Origin: Pyrodictiaceae archaeon
GTDB taxonomy: Archaea; Thermoproteota; Thermoprotei_A; Sulfolobales; Pyrodictiaceae
Assembly (NCBI GenBank): GCA_027036135.1
Contig: JALVSY010000007.1
Location: 644,880 to 708,879, forward strand
Reading direction: 5' to 3'
Length of the DNA: 64,000 nucleotides
Position 1 is the first letter of the stretch. Each line of letters starts with the position of its first letter. The translations under genes and the position numbers were made by a program. Positions 39,210-49,384 of this stretch are shown here, one piece after another. A model generated the notes under the pieces. That model was not told the origin of the DNA, ran no database searches, and saw nothing but the letters and a program-made list of their open reading frames with translations.

Positions 39210-40517
39210 CTATAGGGTTGACGTCTCAACGGCCTTTCTTGCGTTGCTTATTGCTATTCTGGCTATGTCTTCCGGAGAGAACATCTCTAGGCTGGCTGGA
39301 GGCTGGTCAACGGCTCCTCGTAGGCATATTATGCCTATTTTCTCCGCCCCCGTTTTCCTTGCTCTCTCTATGGTCTTTTGGTAGTCGCTGTGCGCGCATT
39401 TGCCCATTTTTACCTCGTATGCAGCTATTGGTTTCTTCGCGGCTTTGTCTAGGACTACTATGTCTACGTCGCCTTCTCCGTGGGGTAGTATCGTGTAGCT
39501 CGGTATACCTCCGTAGTGTTCTGCTAGTAGCTCTGCTAGGCTGAACTGTAGCTCTCTCGCGTAGAGCGCTAGTGCTGTCTCCCTTAGCGTGCCCGGGGCC
39601 TCGGGATACTCATCTATTGCGTGCTTCTCTGCCAGCCCATAGACGATGGCGAGGAGCGGGGAGGAGTGGCGATAATAGACTCTCTTCCCACGGGTTCGCC
39701 ACAGCCTTGTCTTGGCCACTAGCCCCATGTCCACTAGTTTCTCTAGTACACCTGTCACGGTTGACGGGCTCGGGGTTTCTATGAGGCCTCTATGGTGTAG
39801 AATTGTTGCCAGTGTCCGTGAGTCCCAAACACCTGCTCCGAGGAGGCGTAGGACTGCCTCATAGAGCCTGGTTAGTCTTCGCTCCTCCTCGCTGAATGCC
39901 TCCCCTACGAGGCTCTGTGCAACACTGTAGAGTATGTTAGCGCTGTCCGCTATCCATTCCCATGGCTTGGCTGAGAAGACTCCGGGCATCGCTGATAGCC
40001 ATGGTTCCCGGAGTAGTACTCCCCATAGAACAGAGTCCAGGGGACCTAGGCGCGGGGTAAGTGAGGTGATTGCATCGCCTAGGCTTATGAGGCCTATCCT
40101 TACCGGGGCCACTAGGCCTAGTAGGGGGCTCCTTGTCGAGAAGACCTTGCTTACGACGCCTAGGCTTGAAGCTACTAGCACCAAGGCCCCATCGGGGTGT
40201 GCGAGGGCCAGCATTTGCCAGTATCTCTCCGGGAGCCTCTGGAACTCATCGAGCACTACTACACCCTCGTCTCGGAGGATGCTGAGTATTTCTCTCGCCG
40301 CGTCCTCGACGCTAGCTGTTCTTGGCTCGTGGCCACGGTGCTCCACTATGACCGTGTTATCCCTCGTGACTGTGGCGTAGAGCTCCCAGTCTACGAGGAG
40401 CCTTGCCATGAAGGTCTTGCCTGTCTTCCTCCTGCCGTAGAGTAGGAGCCAGCTCTCCTCCTCGGCTAGCCTCTTTAGGTACTTGAACTCCCTGCGCCAC
40501 AGAGTTATTCTGGCCAG
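39210..40517 (-). CDS. Archaeal ATPase with C-terminal PD-(D/E)xK-like domain
   Basis: Frame extends 36 codons upstream of the track ORF through Walker [11 protein letters not shown] to a CTG at 40517. Walker B LDEFQ; DVDIV...YEVK. Confidence 0.85.
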   Translation of the reverse strand: MARITLWRREFKYLKRLAEEESWLLLYGRRKTGKTFMARLLVDWELYATVTRDNTVIVEHRGHEPRTASVEDAAREILSILRDEGVVVLDEFQRLPERYWQMLALAHPDGALVLVASSLGVVSKVFSTRSPLLGLVAPVRIGLISLGDAITSLTPRLGPLDSVLWGVLLREPWLSAMPGVFSAKPWEWIADSANILYSVAQSLVGEAFSEEERRLTRLYEAVLRLLGAGVWDSRTLATILHHRGLIETPSPSTVTGVLEKLVDMGLVAKTRLWRTRGKRVYYRHSSPLLAIVYGLAEKHAIDEYPEAPGTLRETALALYARELQFSLAELLAEHYGGIPSYTILPHGEGDVDIVVLDKAAKKPIAAYEVKMGKCAHSDYQKTIERARKTGAEKIGIICLRGAVDQPPASLEMFSPEDIARIAISNARKAVETSTL

Positions 40518-40664
40518 AATATTCCACCCAGAATATTCCCGGGAGAATACTCGAGCTTAAGGGTTGTGTGCCGACTGGCTAGTAGTGGGAGCCAATTCTT
40601 AGGGAAAGGTTTAAATATACCACTCATCGAGGCTTTCTTTGTTCCTGGTGTAGCCGATGCGCCA

Positions 40665-42029
40665 ATGGCGTTAGACCCCATAAAAATCCGTGCACCCCAA
40701 GATGAGGAGATAGTGCCGAAACAGTGGTACAACATAGTGCCGGATCTACCTGAGCCTCTTTCCCCGCCACGCAAGCCGGACGGATCAATAGTTAAACCGG
40801 AGGAACTAGAAGCAATCTTCCCAAAGGAGCTCGTACGCCAAGAAATCAGCACAGAAAGGTTCATACCAGTACCAGAAGAGGTTAGGCAAGCCTACCTAGA
40901 AGTCGGTAGACCGACACCCCTCATAAGGGCTAGAAGGCTAGAGGAGCGACTAGGCACACCGGCCAAGATATACTTCAAGTACGAGGGAGTCCTCCCAACC
41001 GGGGCCCATAAGGCAAACACAGCTATAGCACAGGCTCACATGGCCGCCAAGGAGGGCATCGAGAGACTAACCACGGAGACCGGTGCCGGTCAATGGGGTA
41101 GCGCGCTCTCCTTAGCAGGTGCGCTCTTCGGCGTAAAGGTAAGAGTCTATATGGTCCGTATAAGCTACGAGCAGAAGCCCTACCGCCGAGTACTAATGCA
41201 GATCTATGGCGCCGAAGTGGTGCCTAGCCCGAGCAAGCTCACAGAGGTAGGTAGGAAGATACTCGAGGAGGACCCCGATAACCCTGGGAGCCTCGGCATT
41301 GCTATAAGCGAGGCAATAGAGGATGCCCTAACCCATCCTAATACGAAGTACTCGCTGGGCTCAGTTCTCAACAGCGTATTGCTGCACCAGACGGTGATAG
41401 GCCAGGAGGCAATGAAGCAACTAGAGCTACTAGGCGAGGAGCCGCCAACACACCTCGTGGGCTGCGTTGGAGGCGGGAGCAACTTCGCCGGGTTCACTTA
41501 CCCGTTCATAAGAGAGAAGCTGAGAGGAAAACTAGACGCCGAGATAATAGCCGTGGAGCCCAAGGCCGCTCCCTCGATGACGCGGGGCGAGTACCGCTAC
41601 GACTTCGGCGACACAGCTGGGCTAACACCGCTCATAAAGATGCATACGCTCGGGCACAGGTTCATACCGCCACCAATACACGCTGGCGGGCTAAGGTACC
41701 ACGGAGTAGCACCGAGCCTAAGCATACTAGTAAACCATGGAATCGTTAAGCCGGTAGCCTATAAGCAGACAGAGGTATTCGAGGCAGCAAGGATATTCGC
41801 TCAGGCAGAGGGCTTCGTAGCCGCGCCAGAAACAGCTCACGCCGTCAAGGCCGTGATAGACCTAGCACTCGAGGCTAAGAAGAAGAACGAGAAACGCATA
41901 ATAGTATTCAACTTCAGCGGCCACGGTCTACTAGACCTCAAGGGATACGAAGACTACCTAGCAGGCAGACTAGTAGATGTCGAGCCCGAGAGCTTCGACC
42001 TATCCTACCTACCACGCGTAGAGGGGTGA
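40665..42029 (+). CDS. trpB2: TrpB2 tryptophan synthase beta-like enzyme
   Basis: [45 protein letters not shown] at 40665. Confidence 0.93.
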   Translation: MALDPIKIRAPQDEEIVPKQWYNIVPDLPEPLSPPRKPDGSIVKPEELEAIFPKELVRQEISTERFIPVPEEVRQAYLEVGRPTPLIRARRLEERLGTPAKIYFKYEGVLPTGAHKANTAIAQAHMAAKEGIERLTTETGAGQWGSALSLAGALFGVKVRVYMVRISYEQKPYRRVLMQIYGAEVVPSPSKLTEVGRKILEEDPDNPGSLGIAISEAIEDALTHPNTKYSLGSVLNSVLLHQTVIGQEAMKQLELLGEEPPTHLVGCVGGGSNFAGFTYPFIREKLRGKLDAEIIAVEPKAAPSMTRGEYRYDFGDTAGLTPLIKMHTLGHRFIPPPIHAGGLRYHGVAPSLSILVNHGIVKPVAYKQTEVFEAARIFAQAEGFVAAPETAHAVKAVIDLALEAKKKNEKRIIVFNFSGHGLLDLKGYEDYLAGRLVDVEPESFDLSYLPRVEG

Positions 42030-42038
42030 CCGCCTATT

Positions 42039-42653
42039 GTGGAGCCCAGTATTTTTCTCATACCAGTCAAGGAACTCCTCGCCCACGAGGAGGCTAGGCA
42101 TAGCCGCGTACTCCGAGTAGCTAGGAGCATAAAACGCCTAGGCAGGGTAATGAGGCCCATAATCGTTGAGGAGCGCTCGTTAACGATAATAGATGGGCAC
42201 CACAGATACAACGCATTAAGACTACTAGGAGCCCGGTACGCCCCCGTGGTAATGGCTCGCTACGGAGCCGAGATAGCCGGGATCAAGCCCCCGATCAGAG
42301 TCATAAGGGTTAGGGCGGCATCGCCCCTAGACGCTCTGAGCACGGTAGAGAAGCATATCCAAGCGGTGGCTCCTAGGGGCCCGGGGAGACTAGTCCTCAG
42401 AGTCGGTAGGGACACTATTGTTCTTAGGAGGGACCTAGAGCAACTACACCGGGCAATAGGCCTTCTCGAGAAAAAGACCCTAGGCAAACACGGGAAAGTG
42501 CACCGCGTTATCGCGCTGCCGGATCCCCTAGAGCCGAGACTCGTTCTCAGAGCCGCGGAGAGGGGAGAGCCGTACCCGGAGAAAACGAGTATCCATGTCA
42601 CCGAGTTGAAGAAGCTAGTGGCTCCAAGAAGGCTCCAGAAATTACTGGGCTAG
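42039..42653 (+). CDS. ParB-fold free serine kinase (SerK/SbnI-like)
   Basis: LLAHEE, IIDGHHRY, C-terminal RAAERGEPYPEKTSIH. Confidence 0.65.
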   Translation: MEPSIFLIPVKELLAHEEARHSRVLRVARSIKRLGRVMRPIIVEERSLTIIDGHHRYNALRLLGARYAPVVMARYGAEIAGIKPPIRVIRVRAASPLDALSTVEKHIQAVAPRGPGRLVLRVGRDTIVLRRDLEQLHRAIGLLEKKTLGKHGKVHRVIALPDPLEPRLVLRAAERGEPYPEKTSIHVTELKKLVAPRRLQKLLG

Positions 42654-42674
42654 TCTTCTCCTCTTCTATCCTGC

Positions 42675-43151
42675 CTAGTTTTTCTCCACACAGCTTATTA
42701 TTGACTCCGTGACGCCTGCTACTATCTTGTTCACGAACTCATCAACGTTTATGAAGCGTGAGAGCAATTGTAATGCCTTGCCCAGCTCTACCTCTGCTCT
42801 CCATTTCACTCTTGTCTTGTTGGGTTCTTCCTCTTCTAGGTTGAGATGTATGACTCCGCTGTATCTCGCTCTTGCGATGCTGCCCTCGAACAAGTAGTCT
42901 ATGTTGTTCTCGTCTATCTCCCTTATCTCTATGTTTGCCTTAGCTGTCAGCCTAGAAAGGTACTCCACGACACCGCCTACGTCTACGCGGAAGGTGGCTG
43001 TGAATCCCTTTTCCCTTGGCTCCCAGGAGACTAGGTAGGGTAGGCACTTGGCCACCTTGCCTGGGTTAGTCAGTGTATCGCGGACAGTGCTCAGCGGCTT
43101 GTTTATCACGAGCCCTCCGCTAAGCTCCATGGCCATTCCTTGCCGCCCCAC
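42675..43151 (-). CDS. CoxG/SRPBCC family protein
   Basis: LTNPGKVAKCLP, TRVKW. Confidence 0.8.
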   Translation of the reverse strand: MGRQGMAMELSGGLVINKPLSTVRDTLTNPGKVAKCLPYLVSWEPREKGFTATFRVDVGGVVEYLSRLTAKANIEIREIDENNIDYLFEGSIARARYSGVIHLNLEEEEPNKTRVKWRAEVELGKALQLLSRFINVDEFVNKIVAGVTESIISCVEKN

Positions 43152-43165
43152 TGGCTCTGTTGTGG

Positions 43166-44482
43166 TTAGAGGAGGCCTAGTTTCTTCCTACTATGAGCTG
43201 ATACCAGGTAGTGTATAGCGGTATAGGCTGCTGTTCTCCCCCTCTCCTCGTCCATGCTACCCGCTAGCCCCTTAATGGTCTCCTGGAACAGGTCTTGGCC
43301 CAGGCTTCTTAGCTCTCGCAGCTCCTGGTAGGGGTCTTGGCCTGCTAGCGGGGTCTCAGCGGTCTTCGAGGCCTTTTTCACGCCCAGGAACCCTGCTACC
43401 TCGTCTCCCAGTTTCTCCGCGACTAGCCGGGCCGTGGTGAACTTGCCGCCGAGGACCGTAAAGAACCCCCTTGGCTCTGGGTGGACTATCACCTGGAAGC
43501 TCCTTGTCGCCTCCCTCCCAGCCTTCTCCGTCTCCTTGCCCATCTTTATGAGGGGGCGTATACTTGTATATGCCCGGAGCACGGGGAGGCTCGCTATCCG
43601 TGGAAGCATCGCCGCTGCCTCCCTTGTTAGGAACTCTATCTCCTCCTCCATGGGCTCAACGTGGTCAAGGTCCTCCACGAGGAACGCCGTGGTACCAGCA
43701 ATCGAGTAGGCCTCATAGGGCACCACTATGTCGCCGTCCGATGGAGGCCTCATCCTGTTAACAACTCTCCGGGTAAGCCTACGGGCATAGACAACCATTG
43801 TCCCAGCGGTGGGCATTACCTCTGCCTCCACCCCTGCCCGCTTAGCGACCTCCCCGGCCCACGGCCCAGCAGCATTAACAACAGCCCTCGCGCTGAGCTC
43901 TAGGGGCTCTCCTCTCAGCTTGTCAAGCACCCTCACTACTAGGCCTTCGCTGCCGCGCCGGATCTCTAGGGCCTCTAGGTGCTCTAGGATGAGCGCGCCG
44001 TGATTAAAGGCTGTTAGGGCGACGCTCACAACCATGTCCTTGCCATAGACCACCTTGTCCGGGACCTCTACAACAATGCGCGCATCCCGGCTCAGCTCGG
44101 GCTCCTCACGCCGAGCCTCCTGCGGGGGAACCTCCTTGAAAGGTATCCCGTTTCTCCTCAAGCCCTCTACGAACTCGTCGTAGTACTCCTCGTCCTCCCG
44201 CGTAACCGCTACGAAGTAGCCACCAGTGTCCTCTATCACGTGGCTAGCTATGCGCGACAACACCTTGTTCTCAGCGATGCACTCTCTCGCCGACACGGGG
44301 TCGCGCACAGCATAGCGAGCACCACTATGGAGAAGGCCGTGGAACTTACCACTAGTCTCGCCACCGATAACGCTACGCTCAACAAGGGCTACGCTGAGAC
44401 CACGCATAGAGAGATCAAGAGCAGCCCAGAGACCAACAATCCCGCCACCAATAACAACGATGTCGAAATCGTAGCGACCCAA
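43166..44482 (-). CDS. glpA: FAD-dependent glycerol-3-phosphate dehydrogenase subunit A-like
   Basis: IGGGIVG, HGLLHSGARYAV, NAAGPW, RPPSDGDI, GGKFTT. Likely TTG at 44482. Confidence 0.85.
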   Translation of the reverse strand: MGRYDFDIVVIGGGIVGLWAALDLSMRGLSVALVERSVIGGETSGKFHGLLHSGARYAVRDPVSARECIAENKVLSRIASHVIEDTGGYFVAVTREDEEYYDEFVEGLRRNGIPFKEVPPQEARREEPELSRDARIVVEVPDKVVYGKDMVVSVALTAFNHGALILEHLEALEIRRGSEGLVVRVLDKLRGEPLELSARAVVNAAGPWAGEVAKRAGVEAEVMPTAGTMVVYARRLTRRVVNRMRPPSDGDIVVPYEAYSIAGTTAFLVEDLDHVEPMEEEIEFLTREAAAMLPRIASLPVLRAYTSIRPLIKMGKETEKAGREATRSFQVIVHPEPRGFFTVLGGKFTTARLVAEKLGDEVAGFLGVKKASKTAETPLAGQDPYQELRELRSLGQDLFQETIKGLAGSMDEERGRTAAYTAIHYLVSAHSRKKLGLL

Positions 44483-44569
44483 GACCCAAGACACCGAGAA
44501 AACAATCATTACCAGAAGGCTTGGTTAAGAATGCTGGCCCGGTCAAGTACCACGGCAACACATAGATCC

Positions 44570-45727
44570 CTAGGTACATAGCCTAGGACTCTTAACCGAC
44601 GAGACATAGGCTTCTCGTAGCCTCTTCTTAGCCTCAGCTAGCCTCGGGTGCCAAACATGGTCTAGGACGGTTCCACAAGCATCCATTATCATCATATGAT
44701 TAGCGACAGAAGCCGCTACTCCCCCGAGCACGCCGTCAACTACTAGGGCGTAGCCATGTGCTGCGTGCTTCGTCTCCCGAGCACCCTCGAGGGGCTCCAG
44801 TACATCAACTCTTATAGAGCCGGGGAGGCGCGAGGCCAAGTCATCTACTAGCTGTTTCATCCTCGTTAATCGCCCCGAGAGAACTAGGTGACTTATCCCC
44901 GTACGGACATGTATCCCAGCTATAATACTTGCTATACTCTCCATCATCGATTCATAGGCCTCTTTGCAGCCGCCCCGGCCCCGCTTAGCCCCCTCAACAG
45001 CCTCCTTGGGTTCAAGAGTCCCACAAGCCTCCATTACGCCTCCGTGGAAGACATCGCTTCTGTCCCAGCTACGCCCCATAACGACAACCTCTAGGTCAAG
45101 AGGCCCTGCCGTCAACATTCCTGTTGAGAGACTAGTACCGCCTAGGCCCCACGTTATTCTCCCCTTCTCCACAACCATCAGCGCATTATAGCCATAACCC
45201 ATCTCGAGAACCATCATGTTCGCTTTCCCGGGCTCCCTGCCATAGTACTGGTAAATAGCGAGAAGAGTCACAGCAAGCTTATCAGCGGTGCCAAGGTCTA
45301 CACGGTTATACTTCGCACCGGGCCTAAGAGTAGGTAGATGAATCACGCCGGGGATGAATACCGTTCGCGTCTCTCTATCCCTACAAAGCTCTACAACAGC
45401 CTCAGCAAGAGCCTTATACACCATGATACCAGGATCTCTTCTACGCACCCCCTCCTCGATGTCCTCCGGCCTAGACAATAAGAGAACCTCTACACCGAAA
45501 CGCCAAGGATCAATAACCTCATGAGAGAGCGTCACGGGGACACCATAGCCTGAAGGCCCTGCGACAGCATCGACTCTTCCAGCCTCGCGTATAGCCCTCA
45601 TCAAGGACTCCGGCTCCTGGGCAACCCTGCTAGTCTCAATACTATGCTCCCAAACCACGCGTCCATCCTCGACAACGACTAAGTCAAAGCTCCTAGTACC
45701 CGGATCTATGCCGAGAACCCTAACCAT
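44570..45727 (-). CDS. DUF1464 family ASKHA-fold protein
   Basis: GIDPGTRSFD, GPSGYG, DLGTADK. Confidence 0.8.
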   Translation of the reverse strand: MVRVLGIDPGTRSFDLVVVEDGRVVWEHSIETSRVAQEPESLMRAIREAGRVDAVAGPSGYGVPVTLSHEVIDPWRFGVEVLLLSRPEDIEEGVRRRDPGIMVYKALAEAVVELCRDRETRTVFIPGVIHLPTLRPGAKYNRVDLGTADKLAVTLLAIYQYYGREPGKANMMVLEMGYGYNALMVVEKGRITWGLGGTSLSTGMLTAGPLDLEVVVMGRSWDRSDVFHGGVMEACGTLEPKEAVEGAKRGRGGCKEAYESMMESIASIIAGIHVRTGISHLVLSGRLTRMKQLVDDLASRLPGSIRVDVLEPLEGARETKHAAHGYALVVDGVLGGVAASVANHMMIMDACGTVLDHVWHPRLAEAKKRLREAYVSSVKSPRLCT

Positions 45728-45808
45728 ACGTCTCCGCCTCTTGGTTGTATTTGCTTTCTCGGCGCCTAGACTAGTAGTAAAGCCCGGTTATGAGTTCCGC
45801 GACCAGTA

Positions 45809-46699
45809 CTATCCATTATAGTGCTTCTCTAGTTCCTCGTAGAGCTTCGTCCTCCACCTCGCTACTCCGAGGCGGCCATAGACATAGGCCATGGTCTGTA
45901 CGAGGCCAGCTGCTGCCCCGAATTCCTCGACGAGTACCCCGGAGAGGCAGCTTGTTCGGAGCGGGCACTCGGGGCAAGCCACGTATCTTAGACAAGTACT
46001 CTTGCTAGGTACACGTACGTTCTGCAAACCTAGCATCTCTGTAGCGAAGCGAGCCAAGTGGGTATCACATGGGGCTACGCGCGTTGTTAGCCCGGTGAAG
46101 AGGAGTATAGCGTCAGCTGTCTTTGGGCCAATGCCTGGTAGCTCTAGTAGCTTCTTTCTCGCCAGCCACGGGTCCCTTTCCTCGAGGACTATGTTGGCGA
46201 GCCGTGGCAGCACTTTGGCTAGGTGCCTTGGCTGTGGACTAGGAGGCTCCGCTGCACGGGCTGCGGCTTCGGCAAGGGAGCCGGGGTCTATGCTCTCTAT
46301 TCCTGCGAATATTTTCCTCATCCAGCGCCGGACATTTATCGCGTATCTAGTGCGCCTAGAGAGCACAACGGAGGCGGCTACAAGCACTTTATCAACTGGC
46401 TCAAGAGCCGTGGAGACTACTAGGCCTCGGTAGCGCCCAGCTATCCAGTGGCCCCGTAGGCCCTCTTGGCACTCCTCGAGGCACCATTCTCCGGAGACTC
46501 CTTTGAGGAGGACACGGCTACAGGCTAGGCCTTTGCAGCATAGCCTAGAATCATTCATGTACAACACGGTGCCGGCGCCTGGGCCGAGCACCTTGACCCA
46601 GTGCTGCCGGGCCTCGTAGCGGTAAAGGGATGAGAGGAAACTCGGGTACATTGAGAGATCTAGGTCTAGCCACGGGGCCTCGATGCACTCCACGGCCAA
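45809..46699 (-). CDS. HhH-GPD DNA glycosylase/endonuclease III-like protein
   Basis: LPGIGPKTADAILLF, PCDTH, C-terminal Cys cluster CPECPLRTSC. Confidence 0.82.
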   Translation of the reverse strand: MAVECIEAPWLDLDLSMYPSFLSSLYRYEARQHWVKVLGPGAGTVLYMNDSRLCCKGLACSRVLLKGVSGEWCLEECQEGLRGHWIAGRYRGLVVSTALEPVDKVLVAASVVLSRRTRYAINVRRWMRKIFAGIESIDPGSLAEAAARAAEPPSPQPRHLAKVLPRLANIVLEERDPWLARKKLLELPGIGPKTADAILLFTGLTTRVAPCDTHLARFATEMLGLQNVRVPSKSTCLRYVACPECPLRTSCLSGVLVEEFGAAAGLVQTMAYVYGRLGVARWRTKLYEELEKHYNG

Positions 46700-46722
46700 G
46701 CCCCGGGGGCGCCACGGCTTCT

Positions 46723-47511
46723 CTATATTAGCTCTCTTGGTATCTCTCCTGGACGGTAAGCTATTCTTGGCCGTAGCCCTGTCCTACGCAATAGTTCCTC
46801 GACGTGGCGGTAGAGGAATACGTACTCGGGGTCGATGCTTGATGCGAGCCGGGGATGGATACTGGCTAGTAGCTTCTTTATCCTCTTGTACCCCTTTTCG
46901 TCACTGAAACTAAGCATTACTGCTGGATAAACCTCTTCTCCTGGCTCTAGGCCGTAGCGGACAAGGCTCTCTAGCGCTCTTAGCTGGAGCCACCACGCCT
47001 CAGGCCTCGCCCTCGTTAGTTTCCAGAACTCCTCCGGGCTCGTGCCCTTGATCGATACCCTCACCTCGATGCCTGCTCCATGGAAGCTCGCTAAGCGCCT
47101 AGCATAGTCCTCCCGGGCACCTATGAGAATACCGTTGGTCTCTAGGATGAAGTGCAACCCGTAGCTAGTGACACGCTCAATTACTCTTACTAGGTGCTCG
47201 AACCCTATTGTCGGCTCACCACCAGATAACCTGGCCTGCTTAACCCTCGCCTTCTTCGCCAAGGCGAGCAGCTTACTAGCAGCCTCCTCTGCCGATAAGA
47301 GCCTTCCTTGCTCGTACCCGGTCCACGTAAAGCGCCAAGCCCAGCAAAAACCGCAGCGCAGATTACAGCCAACAACATCGCCAGTAACTATGCCGCCGTA
47401 CCAGCGGTCTCGGCGGAACCTGTAGTAGCGCCTAAGCAGCTCGCCACCCCTACGCGTAGTTACCTGCTTCTCAACGATCTCTGAGAGTTTTATGGGGTCG
47501 TAACCGGGCAT
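46723..47511 (-). CDS. Radical SAM protein
   Basis: CNLRCGFC, SGGEPT, LETNG. Confidence 0.9.
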   Translation of the reverse strand: MPGYDPIKLSEIVEKQVTTRRGGELLRRYYRFRRDRWYGGIVTGDVVGCNLRCGFCWAWRFTWTGYEQGRLLSAEEAASKLLALAKKARVKQARLSGGEPTIGFEHLVRVIERVTSYGLHFILETNGILIGAREDYARRLASFHGAGIEVRVSIKGTSPEEFWKLTRARPEAWWLQLRALESLVRYGLEPGEEVYPAVMLSFSDEKGYKRIKKLLASIHPRLASSIDPEYVFLYRHVEELLRRTGLRPRIAYRPGEIPRELI

Positions 47512-47579
47512 TTCTTTCTTCAGCCCCTGTTATCCAGAGAACTAGAGTGCTCCGCGAAAACCCGTAAATACTCCAACCC

Positions 47580-47612
47580 CTGGTGCACCACTTTACGGAT
47601 ACTGGTGCACAA
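47580..47612. promoter_or_regulatory. Candidate metal-regulator operator (two TGGTGCAC sites 22 bp apart)
   Basis: TGGTGCACCA (perfect palindrome) at 47581 and TGGTGCACAA at 47603, between TATA-like GTAAATA and the GGAGG RBS of cbiM/nikM. Confidence 0.5.
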
Positions 47613-47629
47613 GAGGAGGTCAAGGAACC

Positions 47630-48298
47630 GTGCACATACCAGATGGCTACCCCAGCCCAGCATAGTGCATAGCACTCTACATAGTAACCATAGCCTACGG
47701 CATCGTGGCCTGGAAGAAAGCCAAGAAGATAATCAATAGCGAAACCATAACAGCGCTATCAGTACTAGCAGCTGGCATCTTCGTAGCAATGATGTTCAAC
47801 TGGCCAATACCCGGCGGCACATCACTGCACTTCGTAGGAGGGGCTCTATCTGGCATAATCATTGGCCCATGGCTAGCATTCTTCGTCTACGTAATGGTGT
47901 TGACGACTCAAGCGATAGTGTTCCACGATGGAGGCATAACAACGCTTGGAGCAAACATCTTCAACATGGGAATAGTGGATGTAGTAGTCGGGTACGCAAT
48001 ATACAAGCTAGTAACAAGAGCCATGGGGAACACGAGAAGGGCTAGAATAATAGGAGCGTTCCTAGGGGGTTGGCTAGGCCTAGCAGTAGCTGGCACAATG
48101 GCTGGTATAGAGATAGGGCTCAGCCCTTCATTCCCCTACGGCATAAAGATAACAGTGCCAGCTATGGCCATATGGCATACACTACTCGGAGTCATAGAGG
48201 GAATAATAACGGCATTCGTCATCGACTATCTCTATGAGAGGAAGAGCCCGCTAATAGAGATAGCCATGAAAGTTGCACCCCTAGCTCAAAACACATAA
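47630..48298 (+). pseudogene. cbiM: Ni/Co ECF substrate component CbiM/NikM with premature TAG
   Basis: GTG 47630 gives MHIPDGYPSPA*CIALY, with TAG at 47663-65 in frame with ORF 47705..48298 (GGTSLH, HDGGITTLGAN). Confidence 0.85.
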
Positions 48299-48328
48299 AT
48301 ACGCTACGTAGAGGAGGTGGGGCCGTGT

Positions 48329-48616
48329 ATGTCGCTCTTCGAGAGATACAAGAACACTATAAAGATTCTAACCATACTAATAATTATTAGCCCCTTATTC
48401 GGCATAGTCTTGGCGGAGAAAGTGAACTACCATGAACCCGTTGACGTTGTTGCAGAGAAGCTTCATCTACACGAACTAGACATATACCATACACCTTTCG
48501 ATAACTATGAGGTACCGGGCTTGCCGCCAACCATAGGCTACATCGTGGCAGGCTTCATAGGGATTGGCGTAATACTTGGAGTAGGAGCCCTCTTAGCAAA
48601 GAGACTGAGCAAATGA
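48329..48616 (+). CDS. NikN/PDGLE-like small membrane component
   Basis: Two TMs flanking EPVDVVAE..PFDNYEVPG. Confidence 0.75.
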   Translation: MSLFERYKNTIKILTILIIISPLFGIVLAEKVNYHEPVDVVAEKLHLHELDIYHTPFDNYEVPGLPPTIGYIVAGFIGIGVILGVGALLAKRLSK

Positions 48617-49384
48617 CCCTACTCGATAAAGCGGCGAGGAAGTTCGTAGAAGAGGTAAGCGACTCGCTAACGGCACTATCATCTACTAGGACCGAGCCCC
48701 CACCATTACCTGTTCTTTTTACCCCAATGCTCCTCGTATCAATTCTTATTCTTTCACGGCCAGCAGTGAACACGTGCATCCTCCTCGCCGCCGCCACCTC
48801 GTCGGTACCGCTTCTCGTAGCCTTGATGAGGCATAGGGAGGAGTACTATCACCGCTCTCTAGCGAAAACCGGGGTAATGATTGCCGCGTTCTCCACTATA
48901 GTAGCTGCACCACTACTAGTAACTAGTCCGGGGAGCCTTTACCGGCTTCATCGAGCGCATATCCGTGCTAACGCTAGAGCTTATAGCAGTAACCAGGGTA
49001 ATTGGGTAGCCAGCACTACTAGCCTCCCTGGAGTGCATAGGTGTCCCAAGCGAGCTAGTCCAAGCAATAGAGTTAATGACTAGGCTCATCCCGCTCCTAT
49101 CGCTTGACGCGCTACGCTTCATAGAGGCTAGGCGTGCCCGGAGCCTAGGAGAACAAGGAGCGAGAAAGACGTGGCATGTACTAGCTACTGCCCTCTCAGT
49201 CCTCCTCGAGAAGAGCTATGAGCGAGGGCATCGTCTCTCCCTCGCGATAAGGGCTAGGCGGTTAGGCGCACAGAGCCCTACGAGGAATAGGCGTTGCTTA
49301 TCCGGAGGGAGCTTTCTCGGGGCCCTAGCCTATCTGCCATTGATAAGCACTATTGTCTCCTACGTGGTGGCCCGCTTTGCCTAG
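48613..49384 (+). pseudogene. cbiQ: ECF transmembrane T component CbiQ/NikQ, frameshifted with internal TAG
   Basis: Extra G in the run at 48930-33; the shifted frame has TAG at 49007-09; ARRAR and AIRAR motifs follow. Confidence 0.8.

Noticed and set aside
47663-47665. Amber recoding (pyrrolysine or Trp readthrough) at the in-frame TAGs
   Set aside because: TAG ends many genes in this window, no pyl genes are seen, and the same operon has a frameshift, so decay is simpler.
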